Source: a virus (lineage: Duplodnaviria > Heunggongvirae > Uroviricota > Caudoviricetes). Taken from it: a DNA stretch of 35,116 nucleotides. Shown one piece after another: positions 1-8,977 of this stretch. Each line of letters starts with the position of its first letter. The stretch's first letter is position 1. The position numbers and the translations under genes are program-made. The DNA is taken from IMG/VR virus record IMGVR_UViG_2718218135_000003. One strand, given 5' to 3'. The notes under the pieces are model-generated. The model was given only the letters and a program-made list of their open reading frames with translations. It was not told the origin of the DNA and made no database searches.

Positions 1-900
1 TTAACGCAATAATGGACAATCTGGTGGTAATCGACAACGCAACGCCGCCGGAAGTATTTCAATATGAAAGTTTTGTCCGCTCAACGGTTCGCCATCAAGA
101 TTAAAAGTGATTTCGTGTGGGGCTTGTATATCAAACCACGACGAAGCGCCTTCGATAATATTCGGGTTATCTTCGTCAGATTTTAAGGTTGATACGAGAG
201 CCGGAAGAATTTCATCGCCGGTAAAAATGCGCAGTTGCAGCAAGCCATCGTTAATTAACGCGTTCGGACACAATTGCTGACCGCCACCGGCCTGACGCCC
301 GTTACCAATACCAATGACCAGGGCGTCACCTTGCCAGTGAAAGTTTTCACCGCGGATTTCACAACGGTCCGGTTGCAGAGTATCCATGCGCATTAAGCCA
401 TGAATGATGTAAGAGACGCCACCCAGCGCGGCTTTTAATTTTTCCGGCGTTTCTGTGGTAATACGCGTCCCAAATCCGCCTGTCGCCATATTAATAAAAC
501 AGGTTTGTTTGTTGACCTGCGCCATATCTATCGCAATGGCGTTACCGGCAATTGCCAGTTTCAGCGCCTTATCCAGTGCCTCAGGAATCCCTACACTGGT
601 GGCAAAATCATTGGCGGTTCCTAATGGCAAAATTCCCAGCGCGGGTATGTCATCCCCCTCACACTGAATCAACGCCGTAGAAACTTCATTAATGGTGCCA
701 TCGCCACCACCGGCAATCACCGTTGCGACGCCCAACTTCCGGGCCTCCTCTACATATCGTGCGGCATCGCCTTTCTCCCAGGTGACCCGCACATGGATCG
801 TCATTCCTTCCTCACGCAACAGCATAATTGCTTCGCGCAAGGGTAGATTGTCAGTACTTTTGCCATTAAGAATCAGTAAGCTGGCGGGAAATTCTGCCAT
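1..900 (-). CDS. yegS: Lipid kinase YegS (diacylglycerol-kinase-like catalytic domain); host gene
   Basis: 299-aa ORF spanning the start of the window to an ATG at 900; GGDG-type kinase motif ([13 protein letters not shown]) and overall match to recalled E. coli YegS; length equals YegS. Confidence 0.85.
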   Translation of the reverse strand: MAEFPASLLILNGKSTDNLPLREAIMLLREEGMTIHVRVTWEKGDAARYVEEARKLGVATVIAGGGDGTINEVSTALIQCEGDDIPALGILPLGTANDFATSVGIPEALDKALKLAIAGNAIAIDMAQVNKQTCFINMATGGFGTRITTETPEKLKAALGGVSYIIHGLMRMDTLQPDRCEIRGENFHWQGDALVIGIGNGRQAGGGQQLCPNALINDGLLQLRIFTGDEILPALVSTLKSDEDNPNIIEGASSWFDIQAPHEITFNLDGEPLSGQNFHIEILPAALRCRLPPDCPLLR

Positions 901-1314
901 GATCGTATGTGCCTTTATGATTGGTCTGTAGATAGTGTAGAGCAGAAAACAAAAGGTGGAGTCAGAACAGGATGAAAGTCGGAGGATAAAAAGTCAGTTC
1001 AAGTATGGAGGATTCAGTGGTTACCACCAGGAGCTTGCAATGGGGACAGCGAATACTAACGGCTGCCACCGATAAATTTCAAAAAAGAGCATATGCCTAA
1101 TATTCAACCAAACAGTGGCATCTTAAATATACTATTCCAAATATATTAAAGCCCCCATGGAGTTACCCTGAAGGGCCTCAATGTCCGTAATTCCTACTTA
1201 TGTAGGAAATGTTGTACAGAACATTTATTATAATCCTATTCAATTATAATAATCATGCCATTATTATATTTAAACACTAGAGAGTGTCGTTGGTATTTAA
1301 TGGGGGAAGGTGAG

Positions 1315-1632
1315 ATGAAAAAGATAGCTGCTATATCATTAATTAGTATTTTTATTATGTCTGGTTGTGCTGTGCATAATGATGAGACAAGTATCGGTAA
1401 ATTTGGTCTTGCATATAAAAGTAATATTCAGCGTAAACTCGATAACCAATACTACACCGAAGCCGAAGCTTCTTTAGCCAGGGGCAGAATATCTGGTGCA
1501 GAAAATATAGTAAAAAATGATGCAGCCCATTTCTGTGTTACTCAGGGCAAAAAAATGCAGATAGTTGACCTGAAGACAGAAGGTGCAGGATTACATGGCG
1601 TCGCTCGTCTGACATTCAAATGTGGAGAGTGA
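1315..1632 (+). CDS. yegR: Small lipoprotein YegR (host gene); start taken at internal ATG
   Basis: 105 aa from MKKIAAISLISIFIMSGC: signal peptide plus lipobox (MSGC); upstream part of the 125-aa ORF has no such features. Sits next to yegS as in E. coli. Confidence 0.6.
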   Translation: MKKIAAISLISIFIMSGCAVHNDETSIGKFGLAYKSNIQRKLDNQYYTEAEASLARGRISGAENIVKNDAAHFCVTQGKKMQIVDLKTEGAGLHGVARLTFKCGE

Positions 1633-1694
1633 GAATATTTTTTGGTAAGCGTCAAACATGCGCGTTCTGGTTGTGCTTAGCCGGAACCTGTGCG

Positions 1695-1727
1695 AGCACG
1701 ATGCCGTTACGTGAAAGGCATCGTGCT
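1695..1727. other. Perfect 11-bp stem / 11-nt loop hairpin between yegR and attL
   Basis: AGCACGATGCC-gttacgtgaaa-GGCATCGTGCT read directly; no adjacent T-run, so function (terminator, REP-like element) is unclear. Confidence 0.35.
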
Positions 1728-1790
1728 ATGAAGGGAGATTCTATCGATGTGGTCAATGGAAGACGGTGACCAGGGATAGGGCTTATGCAT

Positions 1791-1817
1791 AAAAAATAAG
1801 CCCGTGTAAGGGAGATT
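1791..1817. repeat. attL: attL core: 27-bp direct repeat AAAAAATAAGCCCGTGTAAGGGAGATT
   Basis: Identical 27-mer at 33584-33610; lies just outside int on the left, the partner just outside ogr on the right, as expected for an integrated P2-type phage. Confidence 0.85.
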
Positions 1818-1896
1818 TAGGGTGTCACCAGTAGGGGCTTTCAACGGTACAATGCGGGTTTGAGCGGCATAAATTACCACTGAAAGCCCTTAAACG

Positions 1897-2910
1897 TTAC
1901 TCTACTGTGGACACGGTGTGGACACTCTCGGCTTCAGTACCACCTCTTAGCGGATTAAGAGAAATGGCGTCCTGAAGGTACTCTGGCGCAAAATGAGCGT
2001 AAACCATAGTTTGCTCAATCCGCGTGTGACCTAGTATCCGTTGTAGCGTGATAATACTTCCTCCATTAATCATGAAATGAGTGGCAAAGCTGTGCCTTAG
2101 TGCATGTGTGGCTTGCCCCGTTGGCAAATCCGGTTTTATTGCTTTCATTGTTCGTCTGAAGCGAGGGTAATCAGCATCAGGGAATAAAAAACCTCGTTTG
2201 TTATCCGCGATCATTTTGGCAACAGCCTCTGAGATCGGGACGGTGCGTGGTTTGTTTGTTTTCGTTTTAACAAACGTGACGCGGTTATGGATGATATTTT
2301 CTGCTTTCAAACGAGCTGCTTCTCCCCAACGTGCTCCTGTACTCAGGCAAAGAATCGCAATCTTTTTGTTGTCGCCGTCAAGTGCTGCAAGCAGTAAGGC
2401 AATTTCTTCCTGTGTGAGATAGCCTGTTTCTGGTTTTTCCTCCTTAAGCCTCTTTGTCCCTCTGATAGGGTGCTCACCAAAGAATAACTCCGCTTCAATC
2501 AGGGCTGTAAACATGCCGCTAATACATGTTAAATCACGATTGATACTCGAAGGTTTAATACCCTGACTTCTTCGGGTGGCGCAGTACTGGCTGATAAGGG
2601 ATTTCGTGATTTGAAATGCGCATGGGTCATTCGTTATTTTTGTGAAGATTTCAATTTTTCCAAGATTAGATTTCCCATGCTCTTCGTGTTTACCCTTTAA
2701 ATCCCACCAGATCTGTGTCAGTTCCGACAGACGTCGTTTGTCTGTTGGTTTTGATAGCCATTCTTTATTGTGGTGGTTGTACAACGTGTATTTTTCGAAA
2801 GCGACAGCTTCGCTTTTCTTATCAAACTTCCTACGGATGCGTTTTCCGTTACGTCCAGTAGGGCGGATGTCCACTTCATATCGACCATCATCGAGTTTTT
2901 TGATTGCCAT
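1897..2910 (-). CDS. int: P2-type integrase (tyrosine recombinase)
   Basis: 337 aa, same length as P2 Int; C-terminal catalytic residues (HxLRHSFATHF...GHTRIEQTMVYAH); position next to att core and C repressor. Confidence 0.9.
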   Translation of the reverse strand: MAIKKLDDGRYEVDIRPTGRNGKRIRRKFDKKSEAVAFEKYTLYNHHNKEWLSKPTDKRRLSELTQIWWDLKGKHEEHGKSNLGKIEIFTKITNDPCAFQITKSLISQYCATRRSQGIKPSSINRDLTCISGMFTALIEAELFFGEHPIRGTKRLKEEKPETGYLTQEEIALLLAALDGDNKKIAILCLSTGARWGEAARLKAENIIHNRVTFVKTKTNKPRTVPISEAVAKMIADNKRGFLFPDADYPRFRRTMKAIKPDLPTGQATHALRHSFATHFMINGGSIITLQRILGHTRIEQTMVYAHFAPEYLQDAISLNPLRGGTEAESVHTVSTVE

Positions 2911-3025
2911 CAGAAAACCCTCCGAGTGGTACTTTTTTTTGCTACTACTAATCGCTTTTTTCGTGGTGGCTGAAATTTAGCCACCAATAGTAGGCACTTG
3001 TGATGAATATATTCACGATAAATTG

Positions 3026-3325
3026 TTAACCAGTCTTTTGACCGGAGTGGGGCGACGTTGTTTCGTTTTGCCCAAAGTGTGCGAGAGCGGGCGCAATTTG
3101 CCCGGCTTCTGGAGCTACCTGATCAGTCATGAACCACAAAGTATATTTAGTAAATCTGGGATGTTGTAAGACCTTCATTATGGCTTCAACTCCAGCGTTT
3201 TTTGACCGGCTCTCATAGCTCGAAAGTGAGCTGTAGGCTACACCAGTTAATTCACTGAATTCTTTACGGTTTAACCTTTCAGATTCACGGATTAGCTTCA
3301 ACTTCTCCGAAACGTCTATTGACAT
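3026..3325 (-). CDS. C: Immunity repressor C (P2 C-like)
   Basis: 99 aa from internal ATG at 3325 (GGAG 6 nt upstream on minus strand); C-terminal half matches recalled P2 C (FTKYTLWFMTDQVAPEAGQIAPALAHFGQNETTSPHSGQKTG); divergent from cox. Confidence 0.85.
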   Translation of the reverse strand: MSIDVSEKLKLIRESERLNRKEFSELTGVAYSSLSSYESRSKNAGVEAIMKVLQHPRFTKYTLWFMTDQVAPEAGQIAPALAHFGQNETTSPHSGQKTG

Positions 3326-3402
3326 AATTACTCCGATTGCGTAATTTCTTGCTGATAGTGTGAAGTATTGTGCTTCTGGAGTTATCCTTTTAGGCAATAA
3401 TT

Positions 3403-3421
3403 AGCCATTAGGAGCCATTAG
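3403..3421. promoter_or_regulatory. Tandem direct repeats AGCCATTAG-g-AGCCATTAG in C/cox switch region (candidate operator half-sites)
   Basis: Two exact 9-mers at 10-bp spacing, followed by a degenerate third copy (AGCACTAAG), immediately upstream of cox; P2-type C repressors are known to bind direct repeats. No promoter elements confidently placed. Confidence 0.3.
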
Positions 3422-3446
3422 AAGCACTAAGGGAGAATCGTAGCAG

Positions 3447-3722
3447 ATGAATAGACAGCTTGTAAGCGTGACTGATGCCGTGCCTTATCAGGAGTTTGCA
3501 AAACTCATTGGTAAAACTCCAAGAGCTGTAAGGGGCATGATTGAGAAAGGGAAATTACCAGTTATTGAGATTACTGACCCTCAGTCAGTATCGGGGCGTG
3601 CTGGTGAATATTGGGTATACCTTCCGGCATGGAATAACGGACTAAAACTGGCTTATGAAAGCCGTCCTAAAGAAATTCGTGACGGCTGGTTGATGTGGTT
3701 AGGTCTCGGTGAACCACGTTAA
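3447..3722 (+). CDS. cox: Cox (excisionase / lytic-switch repressor)
   Basis: 91 aa, near-identical over most of its length to recalled P2 Cox (AVPYQEFAKLIGK...GRAGEYWVYLPAWNNGLKLAYESRPKEIRDGWLMWLGLGEPR). Confidence 0.9.
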   Translation: MNRQLVSVTDAVPYQEFAKLIGKTPRAVRGMIEKGKLPVIEITDPQSVSGRAGEYWVYLPAWNNGLKLAYESRPKEIRDGWLMWLGLGEPR

Positions 3723-3732
3723 GGAGAACCGT

Positions 3733-3903
3733 ATGAATGAGCCTCGTTGTATTGCTCAGTTATTGCGTAACGAAAGCCCCAGGGCGATTGACTTCACCAT
3801 CACCCACGGTAAGGGGCGTAAGGGAATCATTATCCGCACCAAAAAACAGAGTCCGTTAAAAAAGGCTCTGACCTTTCTGAAAAGCCGGAGGGTCTGGAAA
3901 TGA
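3733..3903 (+). CDS. Small early-operon protein (P2 orf78 position), hypothetical
   Basis: 56 aa from ATG at 3733 preceded by AAGGAG; basic protein; position between cox and B. Confidence 0.5.
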   Translation: MNEPRCIAQLLRNESPRAIDFTITHGKGRKGIIIRTKKQSPLKKALTFLKSRRVWK

Positions 3904-4400
3904 CAGTGATGACGCTCAATCTCGTTGAAAAACAGCCAGCAGCTATGCGCCGGATAATTGGTAAGCATCTGGCCGTCCCTCGCTGGCAGGAGACATGCGA
4001 TTATTATAATCAGATGATGGAACGCGAACGGCTAACGGTTTGCTTCCATGCGCAGTTAAAACAGCGTCACGCAACGATGCGTTTTGAAGAAATGAACGAC
4101 GTCGAACGTGAACGGCTGGTTTGTGCAATTGATGAACTGCGTGGGGCATTCTCAAAACGCCGTCAGGTCGGTGCAAGTGAGTATGCATATATTAGCTTTT
4201 TAACTGTCAGTCAGCGCCGTACTTTATTTATGCATGCCGGATTGACTGAAAAAGAATTCAACCAGCCATACTGGCGAATTAATGAAGAATCATGTTACTG
4301 GCGTGATGCCTTATTCCGTGCATTACGTGAATTATTCAGCCTGTTTGAGTATGCACCGACAATTCTGACGTCGGTAAAACCAGAGCAATATCTGCATTAA
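3900..4400 (+). CDS. B: Replication protein B (DnaB-helicase loader of P2)
   Basis: 166 aa, same length and position as P2 B; overlaps previous stop (ATGA). Confidence 0.8.
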   Translation: MTVMTLNLVEKQPAAMRRIIGKHLAVPRWQETCDYYNQMMERERLTVCFHAQLKQRHATMRFEEMNDVERERLVCAIDELRGAFSKRRQVGASEYAYISFLTVSQRRTLFMHAGLTEKEFNQPYWRINEESCYWRDALFRALRELFSLFEYAPTILTSVKPEQYLH

Positions 4401-4463
4401 GTAATTAACCAGAGTTTTTAACGCACTTAATTGTGCGGGGCTTCTTTTTGCCTGGAGAAAGTC

Positions 4464-4688
4464 ATGCATACAGTTTCTGAAAATCAGTGCGGTAAATACG
4501 CATTACTGCTGCAACAGGCCAGAACCGAAGCACAGGCCGACGCAGCGACGCGCTTTTCTTCTCATCTTGACGCCATGATTCGCCACATCACAAAGGCGGA
4601 GTTATCCCGCGTAGAGATAGTCGAGCTGCTCAGTCAGGAGTCGGAAAAATTTCACAATATCGGATTGTCTCGCGGGGAGGTGCTTTGA
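4464..4688 (+). CDS. Small early-operon protein (P2 orf80 position), hypothetical
   Basis: 74 aa from ATG at 4464 with GGAGAAAGTC upstream; earlier in-frame ATG lacks a ribosome-binding site. Confidence 0.5.
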   Translation: MHTVSENQCGKYALLLQQARTEAQADAATRFSSHLDAMIRHITKAELSRVEIVELLSQESEKFHNIGLSRGEVL

Positions 4689-5008
4689 TGTCCTGTTCTC
4701 ATTCAGTTGTATTACTGAATAACGCCTTAAAAATCGCCGTTATGAAAAATGGCGATTTGTCTCTTATTCAACTTTGTCTTGATAAAGAAAAACGCGACAT
4801 CACTGAATCTGTTATCGCGATTTATCAGAATGAATTAAACCTCCTGTCTGATGTGGTCAATTTACTTGTTAAACGCGCTGTATTCCACAAGCAAATTTCC
4901 TCAGTGGATGAACTGACAAAATTAACGACAGAACTTGCCAGTTATTGCGCTGATGTATCCAGGAAACTTAACGATAAAAGGGGTGATGCTGCCAACTTAC
5001 TGATTTAG
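4685..5008 (+). CDS. Early-operon hypothetical protein (P2 orf81 position); 3' end altered by IS1
   Basis: ORF runs into IS1 at 4982; last 8 codons (GDAANLLI) are IS1 sequence. Splicing out IS1 and one TSD copy gives ...NDKRS-stop. Confidence 0.5.
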   Translation: MMSCSHSVVLLNNALKIAVMKNGDLSLIQLCLDKEKRDITESVIAIYQNELNLLSDVVNLLVKRAVFHKQISSVDELTKLTTELASYCADVSRKLNDKRGDAANLLI

Positions 5009-5036
5009 TGTATGATGGTGTTTTTGAGGTGCTCCT

Positions 5037-5312
5037 GTGGCTTCTGTTTCTATCAGCTGTCCCTCCTGTTCAGCTACTGACGGGGTGGTGCGTAACGGCA
5101 AAAGCACTGCCGGACATCAGCGCTATCTCTGCTCTCACTGCCGTAAAACATGGCAACTGCAGTTCACTTACACCGCTTCTCAACCCGGTACGCACCAGAA
5201 AATCATTGATATGGCCATGAATGGCGTTGGATGCCGGGCAACCGCCCGCATTATGGGCGTTGGCCTCAACACGATTTTACGTCACTTAAAAAACTCAGGC
5301 CACAGTCGGTAA
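5037..5312 (+). CDS. insA: IS1 InsA (transposition regulator; N-terminal part of InsAB' transposase)
   Basis: 91 aa [37 protein letters not shown]... matches recalled IS1 InsA; A6C slippery tract (A_AAA_AAC, 5288-5294) near its end. Confidence 0.9.
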   Translation: MASVSISCPSCSATDGVVRNGKSTAGHQRYLCSHCRKTWQLQFTYTASQPGTHQKIIDMAMNGVGCRATARIMGVGLNTILRHLKNSGHSR

Positions 5313-5734
5313 CCTCGCGCATACAGCCGGGCAGTGATGTGATTGTCTGCGCTGAAATGGACGAACAGTGGGGATACGTCGGGGCTAAATCGCACCAGCG
5401 CTGGCTGTTTTACGCGTATGACAGGCTCCGGAAGACGGTTGTTGCGCACGTATTCGGTGAACGCACTATGGCGACACTGGAGCGTCTTCTGAGCCTGCTG
5501 TCGGCCTTTGAGGTCGTGGTATGGATGACGGATGGCTGGCCGCTGTATGAATCCCGCCTGAAGGGAAAGCTGCACGTAATCAGCAAGCGATATACGCAGC
5601 GAATTGAGCGGCATAACCTGAATCTGAGGCAGCACCTGGCACGGCTGGGACGGAAGTCGCTGTCGTTCTCAAAATCGGTGGAGCTGCATGACAAAGTCAT
5701 CGGGCATTATCTGAACATAAAACACTATCAATAA
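5231..5734 (+). CDS. insB: IS1 InsB reading frame (expressed as InsAB' by -1 frameshift)
   Basis: 167-aa frame matching recalled IS1 InsB, overlapping insA in the -1 frame. Confidence 0.85.
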   Translation: MPGNRPHYGRWPQHDFTSLKKLRPQSVTSRIQPGSDVIVCAEMDEQWGYVGAKSHQRWLFYAYDRLRKTVVAHVFGERTMATLERLLSLLSAFEVVVWMTDGWPLYESRLKGKLHVISKRYTQRIERHNLNLRQHLARLGRKSLSFSKSVELHDKVIGHYLNIKHYQ

Positions 5735-5765
5735 GTTGGAGTCATTACCATAAAAGGAGCTGATA

Positions 5766-5990
5766 ATGCCGGATAACGTAGATTTTATTCAGGAACAACA
5801 GGCTGAATTACTGGAGCGCCAGATTAACGCGGCAAGGGTAAAACATTGCGGTGCTTCTGCGCTGGTTTGCGAAGAGTGTGACGCGCCAATACCTGCTGCC
5901 CGTCGTGCGGCTTATCCGTCAGCCACGCGTTGTGTTTCCTGTCAGTCAGTCTTTGAAGCAAAAAACAAACATTACCGGAGAACGGCATGA
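5766..5990 (+). CDS. TraR/DksA-type C4 zinc-finger protein (P2 orf82 position)
   Basis: 74 aa with CxxC...CxxC (CEECDAPIPAARRAAYPSATRCVSCQ); AGGAG ribosome-binding site lies in the right-hand TSD copy. Confidence 0.7.
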   Translation: MPDNVDFIQEQQAELLERQINAARVKHCGASALVCEECDAPIPAARRAAYPSATRCVSCQSVFEAKNKHYRRTA

Positions 5991-6262
5991 GTATTCGTAT
6001 TGAAATTGGCGAACGTTATGTCGTTACCAGTGACAGCTTTCAGTTTATTCTCCACGAGAAAAAGAGAGCGGAAAGCGGTAAAAACGCCGGTCAGGAATGG
6101 CTGTCGGTGGTTGGTTATTACCCGAAATTAAGCCAGCTCGTTTCCGGCCTGATGCATCACGATATTCTGACCGGAAGCGCAAAGTCTTTTGCTGATTTAA
6201 ACGTGCAGGTTGAGCAACTCAGCAAGCGTTGTTCAGAGGCTTTTGGCTCATATGGCCGTTAA
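5987..6262 (+). CDS. Early-operon hypothetical protein (P2 orf83 position)
   Basis: 91-aa ORF overlapping neighbours by ATGA and by 11 nt with A; no recognisable motif. Confidence 0.5.
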   Translation: MSIRIEIGERYVVTSDSFQFILHEKKRAESGKNAGQEWLSVVGYYPKLSQLVSGLMHHDILTGSAKSFADLNVQVEQLSKRCSEAFGSYGR

Positions 6263-8528
6263 AGCCTCCGGGCGTTTTGTCCCTCCGTCAGCATTTGCCG
6301 CAGGCACCGGTAAGGCGTTTACCGGTGCTTATGCATGGAACGCGCCACGCGAGGCTGTCGGGCGCGAAAGACCCCTTACACGTGACGAGATGCGTCAGGT
6401 GCAAGGTGTTTTATCCACGATTAACCGCCTGCCTTACTTTTTGCGCTCGCTGTTTACGTCACGCTATGACTACATCCGGCGCAATAAAAGCCCGGTGCAC
6501 GGGTTTTATTTTCTCACATCCACTTTTCAGCGTCGTTTATGGCCGCGCATTGAGCGTGTGAATCAGCGCCATGAAATGAACACCGACGCGTCGTTGCTGT
6601 TTCTGGCAGAGCGTGACCATTATGCGCGTCTGCCGGGGATGAATGACAAGGAGCTGAAAAAGTTTGCCGCCCGTATCTCATCGCAGCTTTTCATGATGTA
6701 TGAGGAACTCTGCGATGCCTGGGTGGATGCGCATGGCGAAAAAGAATCGCTGTTTACGGATGAGGCGCAGGCTCACCTGTATGGTCATGTTGCTGGCGCT
6801 GCACGTGCTTTCAATATTTCCCCGCTCTACTGGAAAAAATACCGTAAAGGACAGATGACCACGAGGCAGGCATATTCTGCCATTGCCCGCCTGTTTAACG
6901 ATGAGTGGTGGACTCATCAGCTTAAAGGCCAGCGTATGCGCTGGCATGAGGCGTTACTGATTGCTGTCGGGGAGGTCAATAAAGACCGTTCTCCTTATGC
7001 CAGTAAACATGCCATTCGTGATGTGCGTGCACGCCGCCAGGCAAATCTGGAATTTCTTAAATCGTGTGACCTTGAAAACAGGGAAACCGGCGAGCGCATC
7101 GACCTTATCAGTAAGGTGATGGGCAGTATTTCTAATCCTGAAATTCGCCGGATGGAGCTGATGAACACCATTGCCGGTATTGAGCGTTACGCCGCCGCAG
7201 AGGGTGATGTGGGGATGTTTATCACGCTGACCGCGCCGTCAAAGTATCACCCGACACGTCAGGTCGGAAAAGGCGAAAGTAAAACCGTCCAGCTAAATCA
7301 CGGCTGGAACGATGAGGCATTTAATCCAAAGGATGCGCAGCGTTATCTCTGCCGTATCTGGAGCCTGATGCGCACGGCATTCAAGGATAATGATTTACAG
7401 GTCTACGGTTTGCGTGTCGTCGAGCCACACCACGACGGAACACCGCACTGGCATATGATGCTTTTTTGTAATCCACGCCAGCGTAACCAGATTATCGAAA
7501 TCATGCGTCGCTATGCGCTCAAAGAGGATGGCGACGAAAGAGGTGCCGCGCGAAACCGTTTTCAGGCAAAACACCTTAACCGGGGTGGTGCTGCGGGGTA
7601 TATCGCTAAATACATCTCAAAAAATATCGACGGCTATGCACTGGATGGTCAGCTCGATAACGATACCGGCAGGCCGCTTAAAGATACTGCCGCGGCTGTT
7701 ACCGCATGGGCGTCAACGTGGCGCATCCCGCAATTTAAAACGGTTGGTCTGCCGACAATGGGGGCTTACCGTGAACTACGCAAATTGCCTCGTGGCGTCA
7801 GCATTGCTGATGAGTTTGACGAACGCGTCGAGGCTGCACGCGCCGCCGCAGACAGTGGTGATTTTGCGTTGTATATCAGCGCGCAGGGTGGGGCAAATGT
7901 TCCGCGCGATTGTCAGACTGTCAGGGTTGCCCGTAGCCCGTCGGATGACGTTAACGAGTACGAGGAAGAAGTCGAGAGAGTGGTCGGCATTTACGCGCCG
8001 CATCTCGGCGCGCGTCATATTCATATCACCAGAACGACGGACTGGCGCATTGTTCCGAAAGTGCCGGTCGTTGAGCCTTTGACTTTAAAAAGCGGCATCG
8101 CCGCGCCTCGGAGTCCTGTCAATAACTGTGGAAAGCTCACCGGTGGTGATACTTCGTTACCGGCTCCCACACCTTCTGAGCACGCCGCAGCAGTGCTTAA
8201 TCTGGTAGATGACGGTGTTATCGAATGGAATGACCAGGAGGTCGTGAGGGCGCTCAGAGGTGCATTAAAACACGGTCTGAGAAGACCAAACCGTCAGCAA
8301 AGAAACGGAAGCCCGTTAAAACCGCATGAAATAGCGCCATCGGCCAGACTGACCCGGTCGGAACGAATGCAAATTACCCGTATCCGCGTTGACCTTGCTC
8401 AGAACGGTATCAGGCCACAGCGATGGGAGCTTGAGGCGCTGGCGCGTGGCGCGACCGTAAATTATGACGGGGAAAAATTCACGTATCCGGTCGCTGATGA
8501 GTGGCCGGGATTCTCAACAAACATATAA
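6252..8528 (+). CDS. A: Replication initiation protein A (rolling-circle nicking endonuclease)
   Basis: 758 aa from ATG at 6252 (MAVKASGRF...), close to P2 A in length and recalled sequence; the 772-aa ORF in the track begins at TTG. Confidence 0.9.
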   Translation: MAVKASGRFVPPSAFAAGTGKAFTGAYAWNAPREAVGRERPLTRDEMRQVQGVLSTINRLPYFLRSLFTSRYDYIRRNKSPVHGFYFLTSTFQRRLWPRIERVNQRHEMNTDASLLFLAERDHYARLPGMNDKELKKFAARISSQLFMMYEELCDAWVDAHGEKESLFTDEAQAHLYGHVAGAARAFNISPLYWKKYRKGQMTTRQAYSAIARLFNDEWWTHQLKGQRMRWHEALLIAVGEVNKDRSPYASKHAIRDVRARRQANLEFLKSCDLENRETGERIDLISKVMGSISNPEIRRMELMNTIAGIERYAAAEGDVGMFITLTAPSKYHPTRQVGKGESKTVQLNHGWNDEAFNPKDAQRYLCRIWSLMRTAFKDNDLQVYGLRVVEPHHDGTPHWHMMLFCNPRQRNQIIEIMRRYALKEDGDERGAARNRFQAKHLNRGGAAGYIAKYISKNIDGYALDGQLDNDTGRPLKDTAAAVTAWASTWRIPQFKTVGLPTMGAYRELRKLPRGVSIADEFDERVEAARAAADSGDFALYISAQGGANVPRDCQTVRVARSPSDDVNEYEEEVERVVGIYAPHLGARHIHITRTTDWRIVPKVPVVEPLTLKSGIAAPRSPVNNCGKLTGGDTSLPAPTPSEHAAAVLNLVDDGVIEWNDQEVVRALRGALKHGLRRPNRQQRNGSPLKPHEIAPSARLTRSERMQITRIRVDLAQNGIRPQRWELEALARGATVNYDGEKFTYPVADEWPGFSTNI

Positions 8529-8631
8529 AAATGATTGAAATGGTTGATTTTGCTTCCACTTGATGGTTGGTATCAGCAACTGATGGATCATGCGGAACTG
8601 CGTGGCGATCTTGCTTTGGAAGCATGTCATT

Positions 8632-8850
8632 ATGACTAATGCATACATTACTAGCTATGCGTCCGGTTCCGCCATTGTACTCGTGCAAGAGTCTGCGGCT
8701 GATGGCTATTGTTTACAAATTATGGTCAAAGAGAATCTGACCCTCTACGAGTTGGTCGGAGGGACTGAGATCGTCAGTGATAACTGCAGCCGTATGGGAG
8801 AAATCAATAATCCCAACCGTCCATATTTCTACCTTCACGCGTGCCCATAA
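8632..8850 (+). CDS. Hypothetical small protein in the A-cos variable locus (P2 orf91/tin position)
   Basis: 72 aa from internal ATG at 8632 of the 86-aa ORF; convergent with the RT gene; no motif recognised; coding status uncertain. Confidence 0.3.
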   Translation: MTNAYITSYASGSAIVLVQESAADGYCLQIMVKENLTLYELVGGTEIVSDNCSRMGEINNPNRPYFYLHACP

Positions 8851-8977
8851 TCTGTCACCACGTTGACCATAGAAAACCCCGTCGACGCTGAAACTCGCTT
8901 TCAGTGCTGGCGGGGGTGAACAACGAGCTTGCGAGGCGTTAGGGATGTCGAAATTTCATATGACTGTTCGCTTTAAT

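Larger units (their letters stand above)
4982..5749 (+). mobile_element. IS1: IS1 insertion sequence (768 bp), complete, with 8-bp target-site duplication ATAAAAGG
   Basis: Ends GGTGATGCTGCCAACTTACTGAT... and ...AAGTTGGAGTCATTACC match recalled IS1 termini; insA and insB reading frames present; ATAAAAGG at 4974-4981 and 5750-5757. Confidence 0.9.

Noticed and set aside
1255-1314. Upstream start for the yegR ORF (MPLLYLNTRECRWYLMGEGE...)
   Set aside because: The internal Met begins a clean signal peptide with lipobox and gives the expected 105-aa lipoprotein; the extension has no features.
6210-6254. TTG-initiated N-terminal extension of gene A (MSNSASVVQRLLAH...)
   Set aside because: The ATG at 6252 gives the P2-like N-terminus MAVKASGRF and the expected length; the extension overlaps the preceding gene.
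8479-8688. 69-aa minus-strand ORF overlapping the 3' end of A
   Set aside because: Overlaps a confident gene on the opposite strand; no ribosome-binding site or motif.
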